NCBI GenBank assembly: GCA_964016885.1 | Contig: OZ024740.1 | Span: 397,730,001-397,794,000 of the forward strand | Length of the DNA stretch: 64,000 bases | Direction: 5' to 3' | DNA from: Eledone cirrhosa | Taxonomy: Eukaryota | Shown here: positions 54,665-64,000 of the stretch, one piece after another | How the letters are laid out: each line of letters begins with the position of its first letter | Position numbering within the stretch: the first letter of the stretch is position 1 | Program-made: the position numbers and the translations under genes | The notes under the pieces: model-generated | Databases searched by the model: none | What the model saw: the letters and a program-made list of their open reading frames with translations, nothing else | Told to the model about the DNA's origin: nothing

Positions 54665-56675
54665 GTTCTTTGAGTCTCAGTCATTGATGTTAGTTAACTG
54701 GAAAATTTGTTGAAATGAATATCAAGCCACTACCTGCAGCCTCAGATATTCAGGACGTATCGGAGGGTTCTTGCTGTCCCAGGAAGCATGGCTTTTGAAG
54801 TATTCCAAAAAGCGGGGCTCTAATCTTCTTTAACCATCCAGGAAACTCTTTGAGATAGTACCTAGTGCGCCTATGACAATCAGGACGACCTTGATTTCAT
54901 GGCAGTTCCAAATCCTTTTTAACTCCCACTTTAAGTCCTGGTATCGGTTAATTTTATCCCTCTTCTTTTCTTGCACTCTCGTGTCAAATGGACAAGCTAC
55001 ATCTACAATCGGGCACGATCTTTTTTCCTTGTCCAAAAGCACCAGGTCAGGCCTATTGTGTTCTAATTTCTTGTCCATCTGTATCCTAAAATCCCATAGC
55101 ACCTTCACCTGATCGTTTTCTATCACTGACTCTGGCTTATGTCCATACCACTTCTTAGAATGTGGTAAATTGTTTACTTTGCATAGACACCAGTGGATCA
55201 CCCTGCCTATCACACCATGTCTCCAGCCTTTATAGTGAGTCTGGGTTAGGTGTTTACACTCGGATACAATGTGAGCCACAGTCTCCTCTCTCTCTCCACA
55301 GATCCTGCACAGTGGGCTAGCCTCCTCCTTGTAAATATGGTGTTTCACCCACTTCGTTCTGAGGGCCTGCTCTTACGCAGCCATTAGCATTCCTTCTGTA
55401 GCTTTTTTAAGGTCTCCTCTTTTTAACCAGTTCCATGTCTGTGGATCTCTAAATTCAGTTTTCTTAAAGAAGGTGCTATGAAGGGATTTTTCATGAAGGC
55501 TGCTCTTCCTCCTTGTTGTTATTTCCTCCTTGGGCATCCCCTGGTCTATTGTCCTCTCCTTCAGTACAATTTTGAGCATTGGCTCCCTACTGTCAGTCAC
55601 GTATTTGTGCAGGTTATTTTTCTCCATCTGAACACAGTCCTCTTTGCTGATAAGACCTCTTCCACCTTCAGATCTCTTTAAGTAGAGTCTATCGACATCA
55701 CTCCTCTTGTGGAACATGTTGTAGATAGTCAATAGCTTCCTAGTCTTCCTATCCATTTCTTTTTGTTCAGCAACATTCCATTTCAGATTCCCCCACTGTA
55801 CCTAATAATAGACACAGCTCGGGAATTAACTGCACTTATGACATTCCTACTATTTAGACGTAATTTTAATACGCTCCTTACTCTCCTTATGTACTCAGAT
55901 CTTATCAATTCCTTCATTTTTTTGTTCTTGATGTCATCTGCCTCCAGAACACCTAAATATTTGTATCCTTCTTCAGTGTCAATTTCCTTTATCATCTCAC
56001 CTGTTGGTACCTGGATTCCGTTGCTTCTGCTCAATTTACCCCTCCTCATCACTAGGACTCCACACTTATTAATACCAAATTGCATACATATATCATTGCT
56101 GAAAATACGGACAGTGTCAACAAGTACATCCAACTCCTTCTCACTCTTCCCAAAGAGTTTAAGATTGTCCATGAAGAGAAGGTGGTTGATTGTAAGCTCT
56201 CCTTTTCCCAACTTGTATCCTGCTCTCACTTTTCGCAATATAACGGTCAGGGGTATCAGGGCAAGGACAAACAGCAGAGGAGACAAACTATCTCCCTGGA
56301 AGATACCTCTCTTGATCTTCACGCCTCCCAAGGATTCTCCACCAGATGTTAACTCTGTTTCCCAGGACTTCAACTTTTGCTCAACAACTGTCTGATGTTA
56401 TCTGCCACCTTGAAGATCTCTAGGCTTTTGGTTATCCAAGAATGAGGTACCATGTCCAATGCCTTTTTGTAATCTATCCATCCCATGGCAAGACAAGTGT
56501 GTCTCCTCTTGCAATTCCTCATTACTATCTTATCAATAAGTAACTGGTCTTTTGTACCACGGGACTTCTTTCGGCATCCTTTCTGTTCGTCCGGTAACAA
56601 GTTGTTTATGTGGAGGTGATGGTAGATTTCCTCAGACACAATGCTTGTTAACAGTTTCCACATTATGGACAGACA
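54665..56675 (-). mobile_element. 5'-truncated R4/Dong-clade LINE (RT + CCHC + restriction-like endonuclease), frameshifted
   Basis: EQKGCR, WIDYKKA.D, RGIFQGDSLSPLLF, HLLFMDN, YKYLG, GGRGL, CRICG...HIVSEC, RH, RPDLV...VDVACP. Flanked by (ATT)n on both sides. Confidence 0.9.
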
Positions 56676-56683
56676 TTATTATT

Positions 56684-56876
56684 GTGGATTGGCAGTATCG
56701 GTAGAGGGTCGGACGCCATGCTTTGACGCATAGAGTTACGGCCCTTGCCATTCTGAGTTCAAATCCTGCCGAGGTTAACTTTGCCTTTCATCCTTACGGG
56801 GTCGATAAAATAAAGTACCAGTAATGTACTGGGTAATTTCTGGCCTTGTGCCAATAGTAGAAACAATTATTATTAT
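56684..56876 (+). mobile_element. Family-A SINE
   Basis: Full head, core and ATT tail. Confidence 0.88.
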
Positions 56877-57064
56877 TTTCATTGTTTCAATTTTCATTTT
56901 CTTGTTTATATATATATGTTTTATGTCTTTTTTCTTTTCTTATATAAATAATAAAAATATTTACACGCACAAAACCCACACCGTACCGTCCTGTTCCGTC
57001 TGTGATGTTTTTCTTGATGTCAGCCCTTGTGGCCAATAAAGAAATCATTATTATTATTATTATT
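56877..57064 (+). mobile_element. Short 3'-end copy of the Tx1-like LINE
   Basis: Nearly identical to 62865-63050; ends AATAAAGAAATC(ATT)n. Confidence 0.9.
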
Positions 57065-57259
57065 GGTTGGTGAAGCCACGCTTCTTATCGCCTCTAGTCT
57101 TTTTCAACGTTTTACCTCTTTTTCAACCGTTCTAAACCTTTTATTCAAGTTTTAAATTTGATAAAAGTTTAGAAGAACTGACCCACCTAATACAGGGGTT
57201 CACTAGTAAATAATACACAAATTGTATTTGTGTAAAAATATTTTTTGAAAAATTTCAAC

Positions 57260-59305
57260 ATGGATAACACAAAAAAAGAGAGAGAGCGCTGTCAGACAAC
57301 ACAGAGAAAGGGAGACTTTATCAGCATGTCAACAAGACAGCGTTCCAGCGGAGGTAAATATAAATGAAAATATTACAAAGGAAAAAAAGATTGTTACAGA
57401 TTTAAAATTAACAAATATTTCTAACACAAACAACACCAACAATAACACCAATAACATCACCAACAACAACACCAAAAATAACAGCGGTAAAGTCGAGAAC
57501 GACAATAACAAAAATAACAGCGGTAAGGTCGAGAACGACAATAACAAAAATAACAGCGGTAAGGTCGAGAACGACAATAACAATGACAATAACAACAGCC
57601 ACAACAACAATAATAGTAGGAACAGTATCAACAAAAACAACAATAATAACAACAGCCACAATAACAGTAACAGCAGCAACAGTATCAACGAAAACAACAC
57701 CAACAACTGTACCAGCGAAAAGAACAACAATGACACCGATACCTGTAAAAGCGACCTCAGCACCACCAGTAAGACCAGTAGCGGCAGCAATAGTGGTGCT
57801 GCTGAAAAAGGGACCACTTCTTTTGCAGGTGTCGCCCGAAATATCGAGACAGTGTTAGTCACAGAGTAGGAGATGGCAGTCGCAAGGGCCATGGTGACAA
57901 GAAGCGCAAATAGAGTTTCCCTGAAACCTCCACCCGATTTTTTCAAGGACCAGCAGCTACGAACAGTGACTTACCGCACCGTAAGCAAAATCTCACATCG
58001 AGTGGAGAGAGCCACGGAGGCTCAAATCCCAAAGGCCTTGGGGTGCGTCTGGGCACACAAAACCCACATCACCCGAGGCAGAAAGTACGCCACAGTAGAC
58101 GTACTTTTCGCCACCCCCCAGGAAGCAAAGTCTCACTCTTTGGAAACCCTAAAGAGTGAGGAGTTAGTCTTGGTGCCCTCCTACTGCGGGCAGAAAATTG
58201 TGAGGGTCAAAGTGACCCAGGTCCCACCCGACGTGCCCATACCTTGGCTGGCCGCGTCTGTCCTTGCTGGAATTGGGAACAGGGCGACCATGTTGCAAGT
58301 AGAAAAAATAGGGAGAGAGAACTGGTCAGGTATAGGCATGCAAATGCTTATACAAACTGACCAGGAATGTATCGAGGCTATCCCCGATATCATAGACTTT
58401 GAGGAAGGACTCCAACTCCCTATAAGTGTAGAAGGAAGACGGCCAAAATGTTATTTCTGTGGGTCGAAAGGTCACCTCAGGGCCTTTTGCCCGCAGAAGA
58501 CACCGAAGAGGGCCCCTCTCCTTCCAATACCTGGTCCGCTGCTACCAAGAGCAGGACAAGCAACAAACGAAGAAGCCCCTTCCACGGTGAGTAGGAGGGC
58601 AACGTCCGTAGCACCCGTACCAAGGCCACGGATAACTAAAGCAGCATCATCAGTAGCGGCAACACCAATAGCTACATTTGAAATAGCTACACCAGCAACA
58701 ACATTGCCGAAGAGGGCTCCACTACCACCACCAACAGCCGTGGAGCACATACCCCTCCCAGACGCCACAGAATCCGACATGGAGTTTGAGGCGGGAGTGA
58801 CGTGGCAAACAGTCTGCCACAAAAAACAAAAAAGAAAAAAACCTTACATTCACCCTCCAAAAGCGAAGGCATACAAAGAGGGGTAAAGGCAGCAAGGAAA
58901 CTTGCAGCAACACCACCACAAACACCAACAACGCAAACACAACAAGACACACACACCAAACAGCAACAAGAAGAAAACGGCAACAAAATCACCCCTCCCC
59001 CCAAAAAGTACACAGCCATAAACATAGCAAAAGAAGAACTCATAAAATATATAAAGCAGCACACAGACATCACGGAAAAAAATTACTACACCCGACCAAC
59101 ACCAAGAACTCTCCCGACAAACATAAGCATCATCGAAATCTCAATAGAACAATACAAACCTTTAAAACAAAAATTCCCCAACGCAGTTGGAGACTTCAGA
59201 TGGACGGTTACCAAGAGGATATACACTGACATCCTCTTGGAAACACCCATGACCAGCGAAAGGGACGGTTCTACTGTCCCTTCACCACACGAACAAGGTA
59301 AGTGA
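57260..59305 (+). pseudogene. Tx1-like ORF1 (Asn-rich N-terminus, CCHC knuckle), disrupted
   Basis: CYFCGSKGHLRAFC knuckle. In-frame TAG at 57867 between the Asn-rich frame and 57873..58886; apparent frameshifts near 57280 and 58830. Confidence 0.8.
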
Positions 59306-59337
59306 CCCTTTCTCATTTGCCCCGTTTCTCATCCAAC

Positions 59338-62300
59338 ATGGCTGTACTCAGACTAGGCAGTATAAATGCACGTGGCCTGGGGTCATCTTGGAAGCAGGGT
59401 CACCTGCTCAACGACCTCAGGTCACTAAACATAGATGTGGTGGCCATCAGTGAAACCAGAATCTCCGAGGCACGGGCCTTCGCACCGATCTTCGGCGGCT
59501 ACGATGTATACGCATCTCCCAGCCGTCCAGGATCGGGGGGAGGGGTTGCCGTCCTTTTTCGGAGAGGCTTGGATCTCGCGATACGGGCCATCTTCCTGGA
59601 CCCAGAAGGTAAGTCGGTGGTGCTGGACGTGACCGGCAGCGAAGGCAATGCTTTCAGGCTAGTAGCCGTCTACGCCCCAACAGGGGCAGGACGGCCAGAT
59701 TTCTTCAGACGTCTAGAGACCTTTCTTGGAACGTCCCGCTCTTTAGTGTTAGTGGGCGACTGGAACGGTATCTTGGATGCACGCTGGGATCGTGTGGGGC
59801 TAGTGGATAGGGGAGGAGGGTGCAAGAGTCTCACCAACCTGCTCAGACGTTTTGAACTGTCTGACAGGTATCGACTGGATCACCCGAATGTGCCAATGTG
59901 GACATGGACAAACCGCATCGGGTCATCCAGATCGTATCTAGATAGGGTATTCTGCAGGGAACTAGATAAGGCTAGTATAAGTTGTCCACAATTTAAAATA
60001 GTCGACTACACAGACCACAAATTTGTGATCTGTGAGATCGACATAGACAGACTTCATAGACAAGGGCCTGGTTACTGGAAGCTGAATGCGTCTTTTCCGG
60101 CGCGCAAGGCCTACAGAGACCGGATTAGCGTATTAGTTAAGCGGGTGTTGACGGGAGCGGTCGTCAACAACAGGTGGTAGTTCGCCCTGAAAAAGGCAAT
60201 TAAAGTAGAGTCGATTAGGTTTAGCAAAGGAGTAGTGATAGAGGAAAATAGAGTAGAGGGAGAGCTAGTCAGAAATCTAGAAGAGGCGTTTAGGACAGGC
60301 ATCGCAACCGACGTGCTTGCGGCGAGATTGGCACTCGACCAATTCTTCAACGCAAAACACGAAGGCTGCGTTGTCAGAGCTAGAGCGCGTGCTCTGAAAC
60401 ACGAGTGGACAAAAGCCGTCCAATGGGCGCGGGTGGCAGAGGCGCGACGTGGCAATAAAGCCACAATTCGGTCTCTGTCTGACCAAAACGGGTGCGTGAT
60501 GCTCGAACCCGAGCGGATGTGTGAAGCTTTTCAGCAGCACTTTGCTGAACTGTTCGGGAGCGGCGGCGGCCCGGATCGGGACATGGACTTCAGTGCATAC
60601 CTCGACGGACTGCCTCGGCTCTCGACGACCGCAGTACAGTGTTGCGAAAAGCCAATAACAGCCGGTGAAATACGGGAAGCGATGGCTAACTGCACAAGAG
60701 GTAAATCGCCAGGTTTAGATGGTCTGCCCTACGAGCTTTATGCATTTATGCCAGACTTGTTCGGTGACCTCTTGGCAGACGTCTACTGCAACTGGCAGCA
60801 GAACGGGAGCATTCCCAGTTTTGTGAGCCGGGGAGCAGTGGCGCTGCTGAGAAAAGACCCGAACAAGGGGGATGTTATTGATAATTTCAGACCCATAACT
60901 CTGCTAAACGCAGAGTTCAAGATTTTGGCCAAGGTGTTAGCAACGAGGTTGGCGCTTGTCGTCAAGGGTCTGGTGGGAGAGGCGCAGACATGCGCCATCC
61001 CGGACAGATCCATACACGACAACCTCCACCTCATGCGATACATCATAGAGAGGGTGGTTAAGGAACCTGGCAAGGGTGGGGCCCTGATCAACTTGGATCA
61101 ATCCAAAGCATTCGATAGGGTCGACCATCGGTACCTGGCGGCGGTCCTCGAGGCAGCCGGTTTCGGGCCCGTTTTCAGGGTTTGGATCGCTGCGATGTAC
61201 AGCGACATTGTGAGGGTGAACGGTCACCTGTCGCAGCCGTTCAGCATCATGCGCTCAGTCCGCCAGGGTTGTCCCCTCTCGTCCCTCTTGTACGTATTGG
61301 CTCTCGAGCCGTTACAGCACAAACTGGGGACGATGAGGGGCGTCCCACGCGAACTAGGATGCGGGAAATCCGAGTCGGCTTACGCTGACAACGTCACCGT
61401 GGTGGTGTCGAGCACCAGACACGTCCAGATGCTCAGCACCGCTCTCAAGGAATACGAAGCTGTGACAGGAGCAAAGATAAACCAGGAAAAGTCGGTGGGC
61501 TTGCAGCTCGGCACCTGGAGAGGAAAGTCCATGCCGTCCGACAGCGTCGTGAGGCGTTGGACGGACGGGCCGGTTAAATTGCTCGGGGTCTGGTTCGGAC
61601 CGGACCTCCAGATGGAGAAAAACTGGAACGAGGTGACGAGCAGGGTGGCCTCCCTCACCCAGAAATGGGCTGAGAGGAAGCTGTCCCTGAAAGGCCGGGC
61701 GGAAGTGGCGAATGCGTACATCGCATCCGTCATCTGCTACCGCCTCACCTTCGTCCCTTGCTCCAGCCCAACTCTCACCAAAATGGAGCGCCACCTCTTC
61801 CGCTTTTTGTGGAAGGGACGCGCTCCCATGGTCAGACGATCCATCTGCTGTCAACATCCGTTGCGTGGAGGACTGGGCATGCCATGGCTGATGATGCGCA
61901 AACATGCGCTGAGGCTGCGACACCTCTGGTGCTTCCTTGATGGTGAACGGGTGTGGTCGCCGTTCGCCAGGCACATTTTCCCACAGCTCGTCTCCTTGAC
62001 GGAGCTGCAGTCCTGGGTCAGAAAAAGACCGAGGGATAGCGCTTGGAAACTGGAATGTCTCCAGGCGCTCACTGCCCTCTCCCAGTTGGGCACCAGTATC
62101 GGTGGAACATCCACCTCGGCGTTCTATAGAGGACTAGTGGAGGGGAGGAGCGACGACGTTCTCGGAGAGATCCTGGGCGTCGAAGAAGATCAGCTGCTTG
62201 CTCTCTTCCGGAGAACTTTCAACCCGGGGCCTATGGATAACTTCCAAAAATCCCTGGCCTGGCAGTGCTACCGGGGAGCGCTGCCGGTTCGAGATAAGCT

Positions 62301-62748
62301 CTACAGGCACGGAAGTGCCGTCAGCCGAGCCTGTCCGAGATGCGCGCATAGCGACGAAACCGTTGTGCACGCACTCGTTCAGTGCCCGAGCATTGCTGAC
62401 TTGTGGAGCTATGTCGAACAGTTGCTGTCACGTGTGGGACTGATCCGGTTGTCGACTGAGTCCATTGTGCAGATGGTCTCGCCGTCTTCCTTTAAGGAGG
62501 AAGGGCAGGCGGTTTTCATCTGCCTGGTGGCCATGGCGAAAGAGATTGTGTGGTGGACAAGGTTAAAAGGATTAAAGACAAACACTTTCCTCTTCGGCGA
62601 ATCCCTGATTAACTTTTTCAAGTTTCACTTGAAGAGGAAAATCAGGGTGGAGAGGTAAGTGCTGCTTTCTAGCAAGTTTGTTGAAAGGTGAGTGAATGTA
62701 GCGAGAATGTTCCGAGTGAATGGGACCACTCTGAATATACGTCTGTAG
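59338..62748 (+). pseudogene. Tx1-like ORF2 (APE endonuclease, reverse transcriptase, zinc finger), disrupted
   Basis: SINARGL, ISET, VYAP, GDWN, YLDR, TDH (APE); KSPGLDGL, FRPITLLN, LDQSKAFDRV, VRQGCPLS (RT); CPRC..ETVVHALVQC. Premature TAG at 60178-60180 and YADN in place of YADD; 3' end approximate. Confidence 0.92.
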
Positions 62749-63107
62749 TTTGAGAGATGGACAAATTGAGAGAGGGCGCTTGCCCTGGTAGTCAGGGTGG
62801 CCGTGGTCTTTTGTGTGGTTTTCGCCATGAGTAACCCTCGGAGGTTTCCCCCCTATTGGGAAATTTTTCATTGTTTCAATTTTCATTTTATTGTTTATAT
62901 ATATATATGTTTTATGTCTTTTTTCTTTTCTTATATAAATAATAAAAATATTTACACGCACAAAACCCACATCGTACCGTCCTGTTCGTCTGTGATGTTT
63001 TTCTTGATGTCAGCCCTTGTGTCCAATAAAGAAATTATTATTATTATTATAATTGTTATTTTTATTTTCTTTCATTATTGTTTCAATCTTTCTAATTTCT
63101 CATTCTT

Positions 63108-63143
63108 TATTCTGATGAAGGACTAGCATCCGAAACGTTGAGA
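63108..63143 (+). ncRNA. Minimal hammerhead motif in a Penelope-like terminus
   Basis: UAUU-CUGAUGA-A-GGAC uagc AUCC-GAAAC-GUU-GAGA: intact core with mismatches in the stems. Confidence 0.65.
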
Positions 63144-63243
63144 CCCTCTTCCTGCTATTTCAAGTGTTAACCTAATATATTCCTTCCATATACTGTACCG
63201 ACTGTGTTGTTATTTCTGTTTACCTTTTACACACACACACACA

Positions 63244-63338
<95 letters not shown>

Positions 63339-63574
63339 CAGAATAGAAGCGGTAAAAACCAGTTAGACCATTACTCACCATACCAGAGTACTCGATAATT
63401 GGGGTAGTAGAGTGAATAATATGAAAAATTCGGGACCCTGACGACTCAGCTCCTGCCGTTTCCAAAGTTTGGATCTAGCTGTTGAAACGGCAGGAGCTCA
63501 AACATCGAGGTCCCGAATTTTCCATATATATATATATGTACGTATGTATGTATGGTCCCGTAACTCCCGAGGGA

Positions 63575-64000
63575 GTCTTAGGAGCGCCGTATGCCAATTC
63601 TATTACAGGTCAAAAGTTTTCTGATTTTGGTATCCAATCTCTTAATTTTGTTTAGGTTCCAGGTTATAATATTGAAGCTGCAGGTGACAACTGGGATCGC
63701 AAGCGCATTTAGATAATTATTTCTCGAGTTAGCTCCGTTTTCATGATAGCACGGTAGCATTCCTTCTTAGTTTTCTCATTCATGCTGGCGTGGTGAATAC
63801 CTTGGTCTTCATTGATCCCTAGATATCTGTAGACTTGTTCTTGTTCCCTAATTACTGTATTCACATCTATTTCCATTGAGTTTGTGCTTGTAATTCAGCC
63901 TTTCTTGAATGTTGCTTTGGCGCATTTTTCCAGTCCAAACTCCATATCCACATCATCGCTAAACACCTTGACTGTTTTCAGCAGTCCTTCCAATTCGTTG
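63575..64000 (-). mobile_element. R4/Dong-like LINE RT fragment running off the window
   Basis: FSDDVDMEFGLEKCAK, YRYLGI and NALAIPVVT.SF...LDTKIRKLLT parallel 55373-56373. Confidence 0.75.

Larger units (their letters stand above)
57065..63050 (+). mobile_element. Near full-length Tx1/L1-like LINE with inactivating mutations
   Basis: 5' UTR, ORF1 with zinc knuckle, ORF2 APE-RT-zinc finger, 3' UTR, AATAAA and (ATT)n tail. Confidence 0.95.

Noticed and set aside
57065-63050. Active autonomous LINE
   Set aside because: Stops and frameshifts in ORF1, a TAG between APE and RT, and YADN at the RT active site.

Overview
Eukaryotic, AT-rich, microsatellite-dense animal DNA. The repeat landscape looks cephalopod/octopus-like, but that is inference and unconfirmed. 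The only host gene is the 3' five coding exons of a GMP reductase gene (GMPR, + strand, 2658-12511). The rest is transposon material: LINEs of several clades (two Tx1/L1-like copies, one near full length; CR1-like; RTE; R4/Dong; CRE fragments), a Penelope-like GIY-YIG fragment, many SINEs, nested non-autonomous Helitrons, hAT/Tc-mariner/piggyBac-type MITEs, a probable solo LTR and large simple repeats. The most striking pattern is about 10 fold-back (long inverted-repeat) elements of different sequence, mostly beside (TA)n tracts. Several of them, and several related non-palindromic termini, carry minimal hammerhead-ribozyme motifs of the kind known from Penelope-like elements. All coordinates and pairings were read by eye, so TE boundaries are approximate.
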